Positions 8,784-18,181 of a stretch of 64,000 nucleotides of DNA are shown here, piece after piece. Within the stretch, counting starts at the first letter, position 1, and the number at the start of each line of letters is the position of its first letter. The position numbers were made by a program, and so were the translations under genes. The stretch lies in contig CALGSZ010000158.1 of NCBI GenBank assembly GCA_937901745.1, forward strand, positions 4,515 to 68,514, in the 5' to 3' direction. Source of the DNA: an uncultured Chloroflexota bacterium. Lineage in GTDB: Bacteria; Chloroflexota; Chloroflexia; Thermomicrobiales; UBA6265. A model generated the notes under the pieces. It was not told the DNA's origin. It made no database searches and was given only the letters and a program-made list of their open reading frames with translations.

Positions 8784-11700
8784 TTGGCCATGTTGACAAC
8801 CGTTATCGGGCGCATCGCGAGGCTCAAGGCCATTGGCCGACGCGAAACGGAGCCTCGTGCCCGATCGCGAATCGCACCTGAGACGGCGCCCGCGTCGCCG
8901 GGTCAGCCCGAGGACGAGGGGCGCGGCTCAGAAGACTCGCTCCGCGCGACGATTGACGCCGCGCCGGTCATTTTCTGGTCCAGCGATCCGGAAGGACGCT
9001 GCACGTTCCTCAGCCGCCGCTGGTATGCCTTCACGGGTCAGACGCCGGAGACGGCGCTCGGCTTCGGCTGGTTGGACGCGGTTCATCCGGAGGACCGAGC
9101 GGCCGCCGAGGAGCGTTTTTTGGCCGCGCACCGGGAGCGGACTCCCCTCCAGCTCGAGCTTCGCTTGCGGTACCGGGACGGCAGCTACCGCCGGGCGTTC
9201 AATCTGGCGCTGCCCCGGTTCGACGCGCAAGGCAAATTCTTCGGCTTCGCCGGATCGGTGCTCGACCGCACGGAGCGCGACCATCCCGAGGAACGGTTGC
9301 ATCTCCTGCAGGAGGTGACGACTGCCCTGTCGGCGGCTCAGTCCATCGAGGAGGTGCGGCGGGTCATTTTGGGTGAGGTGCTGACGGCGCTCGGCGCGAG
9401 GGGCATCGCGCTCCGCTTGCTTTCGCCGGAAGGTCTCGTCCTGGAGGAAGCTCTCCTGGGCACGACGCTCAGCGATGAGACGAGGCAGCGGATCTCCCTA
9501 CTTCCGACCGATGCCCGGCATCCCGCGGTGGACGCGTTTCGCAGCGGCCGTCCCGTATTCATGAGCGATGTGCAGGAACTGCTTGATGCGTATCCAGAAT
9601 GGATCGACCTGGCGCGCGCGCATGAGACGCGGGCGGGCGCTCATCTGCCGCTGCGGCGTGGCGACGACGTCTTTGGCGTCTTGACGCTGGCGTTCGGCGA
9701 GCCGCGCGAGTGGCATCCGGCGGAGCGGGCCTTTGTCCAGGAGTTGGCGTCGCGCGCGGCAGCGGCCTACGAGCGGGCGCGCCTGACCGAGGCTGAGCGA
9801 GCAGCCCGCGAGCGCGCCGAGCGGTTGCAGGCGTTGACGGCGCGGCTGGCGACGGCGGTGACTCCTGCCGATGTGGTGGCCGCGGTGCTGGAAGAAGGGT
9901 TGCCGGTGCTGGGCGCCGCGGCGTGCGCGATCGTGAAGGTCGAGGGCGAGGATCTGGAAATCGTCGGCGCGACCGGCCTCACCGACGATCTGGTGCGACG
10001 CTGGCGCCGCTTCCCGCTCTCGACCGCGACACCGATCGCCGACGCGGCTCGCGAGCGGACGGCGATCTGGCTGGAGTCGCCGGAAGCTTTCGTGGAGCGG
10101 TATCACCGCTTGCCCGATCCCGCGACATCGGATTCGTCGGAGGCGTGGGCGGCGCTGCCGCTGGTCGCTTCCGACCGGGTGCTCGGCGCCCTGTCGCTGA
10201 ACTACGAGAAGTCGCGTCGCTTCTCGGAGGATGAGCGGCGCTATGTCACTGCCCTGGCCGATCTCTGCGCTCAGGCGCTCGAGCGTACCTGGCTTTATGC
10301 CGCTCTGCGAGAGGCGAACGATCGGTTCGAGCTCGCGGAGCAGGGCTCGGGCGGGTACATCTATGACTGGGACCTGACGACGGGCGTGGTCGTCCGCTCC
10401 GCGAATTTCACCCGTGTGACGGGGTATCCCGAGCTCACCGCGCGGGCGGGAGAATGGCAAGAGGTCATCGCCGCTGACGACCGCCCGCGCATCCAAGCGG
10501 CGTTGCAGGCGGCGCTGCGCGAAGGCGGCAGCTTCAGCGTGGAGTATCGCGTTCAGCACCGGGATGGCCACGAGATTCACCTCTGGGACCGGGGCACCGT
10601 CGAGGTCGGGGAGGATGGCCGGCCGCAACGGGTGATCGGGAGCGTCCTCGATATCACCGCGCGGAAGCGGGCCGAAGAGGCGCAGCGGCAGGAGCGAGCT
10701 CGGCTCGAGACCATCCTGCGCCAGTTGCCAGAGGGAGTGATTATCGCGGAGGCGCCATCGGGCAGGATGGTGCAAGGCAACGAGCAGGTTGCCAGGATCT
10801 TCCGCCACGGCTTCATCGCGGCGCAGTCGATCGAGGAGTACTCGGCGTATCGGGGCTATCACCCGGATGGTCGTCCCTATCTCCCCGAGGAATGGCCGCT
10901 CGCCCGCGCGATCCAGCACGGAGAGGTCATCGAGCAGGAGGAGATCCGCATCGAGCGGGGTGATGGCTCGATCGGCTGGATCACTGCCAATGCGGCGCCG
11001 ATCCGCGATGCGAGTGGGCAGATCGTCGCGGGCGTCGCCACGTTCGCGGACATCACCGAGCGCCGGCGACAGGAGGCGAGGATCTCCCTGCTCGCCGATA
11101 CGGGGACCGCGCTCAATGCCTCTCTCGACATCGAGACGACGCTGGAGCACGTCGCGCATCTGGCCGTGCCGGCGCTCGCCGAGGCGGTTGGTGTCTATCT
11201 CCTCGACGACCGGGAGCGGGCGCGCCCGATCGCGATTGCGCACGCGAACCCGGAGAAGGAGCAGGAGCTGCGCGACCTGATGCCCCAGGCGCCAGACCCC
11301 GACCATCCGCAAAGCGTCATCGCGCAGGTGGTGCAGAGCGGTGAACCGCTGCTGATCTCGGATCTCTCGAACGAGGGAGTGGGGGGAGCGTCGCTGATGT
11401 TCCCGCGGGAGCGGGAATGGGCGCTCTCCCACGGGATGCGATCGGTGATGGTCGTGCCGATGGCGGCACGTGGCTCCGTCTTCGGCGCGATTGCCTTCGG
11501 CGCGAACGCGGCGTGGGGGCTTTTTGACGAGCGCGACCTCGAGCTGGCGGCGGAGCTGGGACGGCGAGCGGCGATCGCGATCGACAACGCGCGTCTCTAC
11601 CGCGAGGCGCGGGACGCCGAATCGCGCGCTCGGTTCCTCGCCGAGGCGAGCGAGGTCATGGCACAGACGCTGGATTATCGCGAGGCGGTCAAGCGCGTCG

Positions 11701-13310
11701 TGAATCTGGCGGTGCCGGCCTTGGCCGATTGGTGCGTGGTGGATTTGCTCGAGGATGATGACAAGCTCCACCGGCTGGCAATCGTCCACAGCGATCCCGC
11801 GCGGGCACAGGTTGCCGAGACGCTGCAGCAGCGGTTCCCGATCATCTCGCCCGAGATGATGCACGCGGTCTGGACGGTGATCCGCACCGGCCGACCTTGG
11901 TTCGATTCGGAGATTTCCACCGAGCGCCTGCTCGCGCGGGCACGAAACGAAGAGCATGCCCAGCTACTCGCGCAGCTCGGGTTTGGCTCCGAGTTGATCG
12001 TGCCGCTCATCGCGCGCGGACGCGCACTCGGCGCGCTCGTGCTCGTCTGCGGAGAGTCGGGGCGCAGGTACGAGGCGAGCGATATCGTGATGGCCGAGGA
12101 ATTGGCCCGGCACTGCGCGCTGGCGATCGACAATGCGCGTCTGTACGAGGCGGCGCAACGAGAACTGGCCGAGCGCCGCCGCGCCGAGGCCGAGGTCCGG
12201 GCGAGCGAGGTGCGGTACCGCGGGCTGTTCGAAGGCGTCTCGGAAGCGATCTTGATCACCGACGAGCGCGGCATCGCGGTGGATGCCAATCACGCGGTCA
12301 GCACGCTGCTCGGCTATCGCCGAGAGGAGATCATCGGCCAGCCGATTGGGGCGTTCGCCATCTCGACCGCCGAGGCCGAGCGAGCGCTGGCGGACGTTCC
12401 TGCCGACGGACCGTGGCACGGGGAGCTCACGTTGCGGCGGAAGGATGGGGGGAGTGTCGTCGTCGAAGCGTCGGTGCAGTGGATCGAGCTACCGGCGGGC
12501 CGGGCTGGCGTCGCCTTCTTGCGCGACATCACCGAGCGGCAGGCATTCGACGCGATGCGGGAAGAGTTTTTGGCCGCGGTGTCTCACGATCTGCGGAATC
12601 CTCTGAGCGCGATCCGCGGCGCGACGCAGCTCCTGATGCGCCGGGTCAACCGGGGCGAGCCACCCAACCCGCAGCGGCTGGCGGATGGGCTGACGACGAT
12701 CGAGACCGCGACGCACAAGATGATGACGATGATTGACGACATGGTTGACGCGGCGCGGCTGCGGATGGGGCAGGAGTTGTCGCTGGAGCCGGAGTCAGTT
12801 GATTTGGTCGAGCTGGCGCGGCGGACCGTGGAGCAGTATCAGGCGACGACTCGCCGGCACGAGCTTGACCTGGTGGCCGATTGCCCGGAGGTCGTTGGCA
12901 CTTGGGACCCGCGCCGGTTGGAGCGGGTGCTCGACAATCTGATCAACAACGCGATCAAGTACAGCCCGGAGGGTGGCCGCGTCGAAGTGCGGGTCGCGCA
13001 GGAAACGGAGCCCAACGGCGAAAGCTGGGCGATTCTGACGGTGGCCGACGAGGGGATCGGAATTCCGGCCGCGGACCTGCCGCACGTCTTCGAGCGCTTC
13101 CGGCGCGGCGCGAACGTCGCCGGCGTGGCGGCTGGCAGCGGCATCGGCCTCTCGGGGGTCGAGCAAGTCGTCGAGCAGCACGGCGGGACGATCAACGTGG
13201 CGAGCGAAGAGGGGCGTGGCAGCTCCTTCACCGTTCGCTTGCCGCTGGAGCCGATGACCAGCGGCGGGCACGACGCCGACGACGGGTTGCAGGCCGGGCT
13301 TTCCGGCTAA
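8784..13310 (+). CDS. cytoplasmic multi-sensor hybrid-less histidine kinase (about 4 PAS and 4 GAF modules, HisKA, HATPase_c)
   Basis: H-box FLAAVSHDLRNPLSAI (His codon at 12585-12587). N/G boxes LINNAIKYSPEGG, DEGIGIP and GSGIGLS. Repeated PAS-like (ITERK/ITARK/ITERR boundaries) and GAF-like (NARLYREA, RTWLYAAL) segments. No TM helix seen. Alternative start ATG at 8790. Confidence 0.9.
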   Translation: MAMLTTVIGRIARLKAIGRRETEPRARSRIAPETAPASPGQPEDEGRGSEDSLRATIDAAPVIFWSSDPEGRCTFLSRRWYAFTGQTPETALGFGWLDAVHPEDRAAAEERFLAAHRERTPLQLELRLRYRDGSYRRAFNLALPRFDAQGKFFGFAGSVLDRTERDHPEERLHLLQEVTTALSAAQSIEEVRRVILGEVLTALGARGIALRLLSPEGLVLEEALLGTTLSDETRQRISLLPTDARHPAVDAFRSGRPVFMSDVQELLDAYPEWIDLARAHETRAGAHLPLRRGDDVFGVLTLAFGEPREWHPAERAFVQELASRAAAAYERARLTEAERAARERAERLQALTARLATAVTPADVVAAVLEEGLPVLGAAACAIVKVEGEDLEIVGATGLTDDLVRRWRRFPLSTATPIADAARERTAIWLESPEAFVERYHRLPDPATSDSSEAWAALPLVASDRVLGALSLNYEKSRRFSEDERRYVTALADLCAQALERTWLYAALREANDRFELAEQGSGGYIYDWDLTTGVVVRSANFTRVTGYPELTARAGEWQEVIAADDRPRIQAALQAALREGGSFSVEYRVQHRDGHEIHLWDRGTVEVGEDGRPQRVIGSVLDITARKRAEEAQRQERARLETILRQLPEGVIIAEAPSGRMVQGNEQVARIFRHGFIAAQSIEEYSAYRGYHPDGRPYLPEEWPLARAIQHGEVIEQEEIRIERGDGSIGWITANAAPIRDASGQIVAGVATFADITERRRQEARISLLADTGTALNASLDIETTLEHVAHLAVPALAEAVGVYLLDDRERARPIAIAHANPEKEQELRDLMPQAPDPDHPQSVIAQVVQSGEPLLISDLSNEGVGGASLMFPREREWALSHGMRSVMVVPMAARGSVFGAIAFGANAAWGLFDERDLELAAELGRRAAIAIDNARLYREARDAESRARFLAEASEVMAQTLDYREAVKRVVNLAVPALADWCVVDLLEDDDKLHRLAIVHSDPARAQVAETLQQRFPIISPEMMHAVWTVIRTGRPWFDSEISTERLLARARNEEHAQLLAQLGFGSELIVPLIARGRALGALVLVCGESGRRYEASDIVMAEELARHCALAIDNARLYEAAQRELAERRRAEAEVRASEVRYRGLFEGVSEAILITDERGIAVDANHAVSTLLGYRREEIIGQPIGAFAISTAEAERALADVPADGPWHGELTLRRKDGGSVVVEASVQWIELPAGRAGVAFLRDITERQAFDAMREEFLAAVSHDLRNPLSAIRGATQLLMRRVNRGEPPNPQRLADGLTTIETATHKMMTMIDDMVDAARLRMGQELSLEPESVDLVELARRTVEQYQATTRRHELDLVADCPEVVGTWDPRRLERVLDNLINNAIKYSPEGGRVEVRVAQETEPNGESWAILTVADEGIGIPAADLPHVFERFRRGANVAGVAAGSGIGLSGVEQVVEQHGGTINVASEEGRGSSFTVRLPLEPMTSGGHDADDGLQAGLSG

Positions 13311-13469
13311 TCTCAGGCAGGGTTCCCCAGACAACGTCAAAGGCAGCGCGGAGGGGCGGCGCGTGGCGCGCGGCCGGGTGAAGCGTCGCTTCCCGCGCAT
13401 TGGCATCTGTGCCCCCGATGCACCGCGTTGTCAGCAGCGCACAAGGGGCACCACTCGCATGCAGCACTC

Positions 13470-13499
13470 TTGACAAGCGGCCGAGAGTGGGCGCATACT
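13470..13499 (+). promoter_or_regulatory. candidate sigma-70-type promoter for the LacI regulator/operon
   Basis: TTGACA (13470-13475), 18-nt spacer, CATACT (13494-13499). Confidence 0.4.
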
Positions 13500-13512
13500 C
13501 CGGCCACTCGAT

Positions 13513-13530
13513 CGCGAAAACGATTTCGCG
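13513..13530. promoter_or_regulatory. candidate LacI-family operator
   Basis: CGCGAAA-ACGA-TTTCGCG, with 7+7 perfect inverted arms around a central CG. It sits between the putative -10 and the RBS of the LacI gene. Confidence 0.45.
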
Positions 13531-13548
13531 CTAGAGGAACCAGCTGAG

Positions 13549-14556
13549 ATGGCAACGATCAAAGAGGTTGCGGCTCGGGCGGGGGTCTCGCCTGGGACGG
13601 TCAGTCACACCCTAAATGGCACTCGTCGAGTCGATCCGGAGACGCGGGCGCGGGTCTTGGCGGCCGCTCGCGAGCTCGGATACCGGCCGAACGGCTTGGC
13701 GCGCGGGTTGCGACGACGCGAGTCGCGCGCGATTGGCCTGCTGGTTCCGGACAACTCCAACCCGGTCTTCGCCGATATCGCTCGCGGCATCGAAGACGCG
13801 GTGTACGAAGAGGGCTACAACGTCATCCTCTGCAATTCCGATCAGTCGGAAGAGAAAGAGGATCGCTACCTGGACGCGCTACTCTCCAAGCGCGTTGACG
13901 GCCTCATCCTCGCTTCAGGCAGCAGCCGGCCGGATGTCATCCGGCGCGTGATTGAGGCGGGCGTGCCGCTGGTGGTCATCCCAGGCGTCCTCACCGATTT
14001 CCCGGCCGACCACGTGCTCGGTGACGACGTGACCGGCGGCCGGATCGCCGCGAAATATCTCCTCGATCTCGGTCATCGCCGGATTGGCTACATCGCCGGT
14101 CCGCGCGTCGGCACCGCCAGCTCTGGCCGGGCGGAAGGGTTCCGGGAAGTGCTGGCGGAGGCGGGTGTCGCCTTGCCGGAGGACGCCATCGTCGGCGGCG
14201 ACTTTCGCGTCGGCGGCGGCGAGGCGGCCATGGCCGAGCTGCTGCGACGGGATCTTGGGCTGACCGCCGTGTTCGCCGCCAACGACCTGATGGCGATCGG
14301 CGCGATCAAGCTCCTGCGGCGAGCGGGCATTCGCGTCCCAGAGGACATCTCGATCATCGGCCTGGACGGGATCTGGATCGGCGAGGTGATCAGCCCGGCG
14401 CTGACGACCGTCGCCCAGCCGATCGCGGAGGCCGCGCGCGTCAGCACACGTCTGCTCTTCGAGCGGATGCGGCAACCGGACTTGCCGCCCCGCCGAATCT
14501 TGCTGTCACCGACGCTGATCGAGCGGGAGAGTTGCGCCCCGCCGGCAGGAGCGTGA
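13549..14556 (+). CDS. LacI family transcriptional regulator
   Basis: N-terminal HTH MATIKEVAARAGVSPGTVSHTLNG plus a periplasmic-binding-protein-like sugar-binding core. Confidence 0.92.
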   Translation: MATIKEVAARAGVSPGTVSHTLNGTRRVDPETRARVLAAARELGYRPNGLARGLRRRESRAIGLLVPDNSNPVFADIARGIEDAVYEEGYNVILCNSDQSEEKEDRYLDALLSKRVDGLILASGSSRPDVIRRVIEAGVPLVVIPGVLTDFPADHVLGDDVTGGRIAAKYLLDLGHRRIGYIAGPRVGTASSGRAEGFREVLAEAGVALPEDAIVGGDFRVGGGEAAMAELLRRDLGLTAVFAANDLMAIGAIKLLRRAGIRVPEDISIIGLDGIWIGEVISPALTTVAQPIAEAARVSTRLLFERMRQPDLPPRRILLSPTLIERESCAPPAGA

Positions 14557-14659
14557 GCGAAAGGAGGGGAGCCGGACTGGACAAGCGAGCATCGAAGCTC
14601 TGCGAGCGTTTTCCGCGTCAGTGCGTTGTTTGCCTGATCGACTTCGAGGAGGAACGACC

Positions 14660-15961
14660 ATGACTCAGCAACGTCTCTCGCGGCGCACTCTCATTCGTGG
14701 AACGGGGGCGACGGCCGCCGGATTGATCGTTGGCGGGAAACTCGTGGGTTCGGCGAGCGCGTCGCCGCGTCGCGCTCCGGCGGTGATCAAGCAGCGCAGC
14801 CAGGGCGGCAAGACGATCACGCTCGCCGTGCAGGCGTTCGCGCACGATGCGCTGCGGCCGGTACTGGCGAAGTGGGAAGAGCAGACCGGTCACACCGTCA
14901 AGCTCGAGAGCGGGCCGGTGACCGGGCAGGAGATGGTGACGCAGTACGCGCCGCAGTTCCAGAGCGAAACCAGCCCGGTCGACATCTTCAGCGACGCGGA
15001 TGATTCGAGCCCGACGTTCCAGCGCGCCGGTTGGTTGGAGCCGCTCGACGACGTGATCCCGCAGGAGACCTGGGACGACTTCCCGGAGAGCTTCGCGGGC
15101 CAGATCGAGACCTGGCACTCGTTCGATGGCCATCGTTATCGCGTCCCGCACGAGTTCGCGATTGGCTACACCTTCTACCGGAAGGACTGGTTCGACGAGA
15201 AGGGCCTGGAGGCGCCGAAGACCTGGGAAGAGGTCGTCTCCATTGGCAAGGAGTTCACGGCGCCGCCGGTCTACGGCACGCTCGAGGCGATCAGCAAGCC
15301 CGGCCTTGCCTATGTCTACGTCGCCTATCTCTGCGCGCAGAGCGGCGGCAACGTCTTCGACTTCGATGATGGGACGGCGGAGGCGCTGCAGTTCGCCTAC
15401 GACCTGATCTACACCCACCAGATCATGCCGGAGACGGCGCTCTCGCTGAATTACGACCAGCAGAACGTCGAGTACACGAACGATCATGTCGCGTTCATGC
15501 GGCAGTGGCCGTTCTTCTACGACGTCTCGCGCGGCACGTCGCCGTGGTATTCGGAGGGCAAGGCGGAGATCGCGCTGCCGCCGGCGGGCCCGGCCGGGGC
15601 CAAGTCCTGGTGGGGCGGCTGGGGCTGGTCGGTGCCGAAGTTCGCGCCGAACAAGGAAGAGGCGCTCGACCTGCTCGCGTTCATCACCTCGGTCGAGAAC
15701 GCGCCGATCCTGGCCCAGGGGCAGAGCTTCTTCGCCACGCCGCGCAAGTCGATCATGGACGCGCTCGGCGACAGCGGCATCGCGCCGGCCATGAAGCTCT
15801 ACGCCGACAACGACGTTCCCTCGGCGCGCCCGTTCCACCCGCGTGTCGCGGAGGCACAGTCGATCGTTGACGACGTCGCCTCGCTCTTCCTGACGAAGCA
15901 GGCCTCGCTGACCGAGGCGCTGGAGCAGGGCAAGGAGCGGATGAAGGCGCTCGGGTCGTAG
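14660..15961 (+). CDS. ABC transporter substrate-binding protein (CUT1 sugar type)
   Basis: ATG at 14660 follows GAGGAGGAA. Tat signal SRRTLIRGTGATAAGLIVG. SBP_bac_1-like blocks. Confidence 0.9.
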   Translation: MTQQRLSRRTLIRGTGATAAGLIVGGKLVGSASASPRRAPAVIKQRSQGGKTITLAVQAFAHDALRPVLAKWEEQTGHTVKLESGPVTGQEMVTQYAPQFQSETSPVDIFSDADDSSPTFQRAGWLEPLDDVIPQETWDDFPESFAGQIETWHSFDGHRYRVPHEFAIGYTFYRKDWFDEKGLEAPKTWEEVVSIGKEFTAPPVYGTLEAISKPGLAYVYVAYLCAQSGGNVFDFDDGTAEALQFAYDLIYTHQIMPETALSLNYDQQNVEYTNDHVAFMRQWPFFYDVSRGTSPWYSEGKAEIALPPAGPAGAKSWWGGWGWSVPKFAPNKEEALDLLAFITSVENAPILAQGQSFFATPRKSIMDALGDSGIAPAMKLYADNDVPSARPFHPRVAEAQSIVDDVASLFLTKQASLTEALEQGKERMKALGS

Positions 15962-15971
15962 GCTCGCGCGC

Positions 15972-16010
15972 GTCACCCTCTCTGCCCCGGCTTGGGACAG
16001 GGAGGGTGAC
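15972..16010 (+). promoter_or_regulatory. 13-bp intercistronic stem-loop just after the SBP stop codon
   Basis: GTCACCCTCTCTG (15972-15984) pairs with CAGGGAGGGTGAC (15998-16010), with one G-U pair. No U tract. Confidence 0.45.
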
Positions 16011-16091
16011 GCCCCTAAGCAGCGCGATCACGGAGAACACCTCGGCGCGCCGGCGGCGTCCCCGCGGCGCGGGCCGGGACCAGTAGGAGCG

Positions 16092-17033
16092 ATGATGGTG
16101 TCGACGACAGCGCGGGCTGGCGATCGCGGCGCATTCGAGCGGCCGACGCCGCGATTGAGCCGCCGCAGCAAGCGCACGCTGACGATCCTGGCGCTCTTGG
16201 CGCCGGCGGTTGGGCTCCGCCTTTTCACGGCGGTCTATCCCTACGTCCAGGCGATACAGCTTTCGTTCTACGACTACAATCCCGCCTTCCCACCGAAGCG
16301 CTGGGTCGGGCTGGGCAACTACGAGCGCGCGCTGGACGATGTCGTCATCCGCACCAGCATTTCCTTCACCATCCTCTTCGTCGTCGCTTCGACCGTCTTG
16401 CAGATCGTGCTCGGGCTTGGGGTCGCGCTCTTGCTGAACCGCGCCTTCTTCGGGCGCGGCTTGGTGCGAGCGATCAATCTCATCCCGTGGGCGATCCCGA
16501 TGGTCGTCGTCGCCGTCGGGTTCCGGTGGATGCTCGATCCGCAGTACGGCATCTTCAACGATCTGCTCGACCGGACCCTCGGCGTCAACATCGCCTGGCT
16601 GATCAAGTACTGGCCGTCGCGGATCGCGGTGATTGGGACGAACGTCTGGAAGAGCACGCCGTTCCTGGCGATCGTCTTCCTCGCCGCGCTCCAGGCGATC
16701 CCGCAGGACACGATCGAGGCGAGCCGGGTGGATGGCGCCAACCGCGTGCAGTCGTTCTTCGGTATCACATTGCCGCTGCTCATGCCGCAGGTCGTCGTCA
16801 TCGGGCTCTTCATGCTCGTCTGGCAGCTTGCGTCGTTTGACCTGATCTTCGCGATGACGGGCGGCGGCCCCGGCTACGCGACGCAGGTGCTGGCTTACTC
16901 GATCTATCAGGTTGCGTTCACTGGTCTCAATTACGGCTATGCCTCGGCGGTCAGCATGATCCTCTTCGCGGTGGTGGCGGTGACGTCGGCGGTCATGCTG
17001 TTCATCTTCCGGCGCGTCGAGGTGACGCTGTGA
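16092..17033 (+). CDS. ABC transporter permease (CUT1)
   Basis: AGGAG RBS, six predicted TM segments, EAA loop IEASRVDGANRVQSFFGITLPLL. Confidence 0.9.
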   Translation: MMVSTTARAGDRGAFERPTPRLSRRSKRTLTILALLAPAVGLRLFTAVYPYVQAIQLSFYDYNPAFPPKRWVGLGNYERALDDVVIRTSISFTILFVVASTVLQIVLGLGVALLLNRAFFGRGLVRAINLIPWAIPMVVVAVGFRWMLDPQYGIFNDLLDRTLGVNIAWLIKYWPSRIAVIGTNVWKSTPFLAIVFLAALQAIPQDTIEASRVDGANRVQSFFGITLPLLMPQVVVIGLFMLVWQLASFDLIFAMTGGGPGYATQVLAYSIYQVAFTGLNYGYASAVSMILFAVVAVTSAVMLFIFRRVEVTL

Positions 17034-17097
17034 CGGACGGGCGAGCGGAGCGGCGTGGAGTGAATCCGGCTAGGCGGGAACGAGGAGAGCGCGATTC

Positions 17098-17991
17098 ATG
17101 GCAGTCCTGACTCAAGACGCGCGCGAGGGCGCCGCGAGAGGCCTGTTCTCGCCGGCTATGTCGAAATGGCTGGACCGGCTGATCTTCCTCCTCCTCCTGG
17201 GCAGCTTCCTCTTCGTCGTGCTGCTGCCGTTCTATTGGATCGTGCTCTCGTCGTTCACGCCGAAGAGCGAACTGTTTACCACGCCGCCGCGCTACTGGTT
17301 CAGCAATCTCACGTTCGATAACTACCGCGCGCTGGCCGACAACGTGCCGCTCTTCCGGTACATGCTGAATTCACTCATCTTCGCGCTCGGATCGAGCGCG
17401 GTGTCGGTGGCGGCGGCGTTCCTCGCCTCGTACGCGCTGGCGCGGCTCAACTTCCGCGGGGCGAATCTCGTCTTCGCCGCGTTCGTGGTCTCGATCGCGC
17501 TGCCGCAGATTGGCACGCTCGTTCCGCTCTTCGAGCTGTTCAAGAATCTGAATCTGATCAACACGCATCATGGGCTGATTCTGTTGATGTCCAGCCTGAT
17601 GACGCCGTTCACCGTTTGGATCCTCGTCCCGTTCCTGCGCCAGATCCCGTTCGAGATCGAAGAGGCGGCCGTGGTGGACGGCGCGCGGCTGCATCAGGTG
17701 CTCTGGCAGATCGTGCTTCCGATGATGCGGCCGGCTTTGGCGACGCTCTTCATCATCAACTTCATCATTTCGTGGAATGAGCTGCTTTACCCGCTCGTCT
17801 TCGCCCAGCGGCAGCGAACGCTTTCAGTCGGCCTGGTCCAGCTTGCCGTGCAGCCGACCGCTGGTGGCGGACGTCCGTGGGACCTGCTGAGCGCGATGAG
17901 CGTGACGATGATCGTCCCGGTTCTGATCCTCGTGCTCCTGTTCCAACGGTTGATCGTTGCGGGCCTGACGCGCGGCGCGCTGAAAGGATGA
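17098..17991 (+). CDS. ABC transporter permease (CUT1)
   Basis: EAA loop EEAAVVDGARLHQVLWQIVLPMM and multiple TM segments. Confidence 0.9.
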   Translation: MAVLTQDAREGAARGLFSPAMSKWLDRLIFLLLLGSFLFVVLLPFYWIVLSSFTPKSELFTTPPRYWFSNLTFDNYRALADNVPLFRYMLNSLIFALGSSAVSVAAAFLASYALARLNFRGANLVFAAFVVSIALPQIGTLVPLFELFKNLNLINTHHGLILLMSSLMTPFTVWILVPFLRQIPFEIEEAAVVDGARLHQVLWQIVLPMMRPALATLFIINFIISWNELLYPLVFAQRQRTLSVGLVQLAVQPTAGGGRPWDLLSAMSVTMIVPVLILVLLFQRLIVAGLTRGALKG

Positions 17992-18181
17992 CTGGCGGGA
18001 TGCGCCGGGCTTCGCCGTGAGCGTGTCCGCGCCCCGGCGTGGCTCAGACGCGAGCGCGAGCCGGCGCCGGATGGAAACGCCTGCAGTGTGGCGGGCGATG
18101 ATGAGGAATCTCGAGGCGAAAGGATCGTATCGAGCCCCGGATGCTCGATGACCGGGGGCAATGGACCAGAGGAGAAGCTCG

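Noticed and set aside
9498-11957. 819-aa ORF on the minus strand inside the histidine-kinase gene
   Set aside because: It is Arg/Pro/Gly/Asp-rich and low-complexity, with no motifs. It is fully antisense to a gene with clear PAS/GAF/HisKA motifs. This is a typical high-GC shadow ORF.
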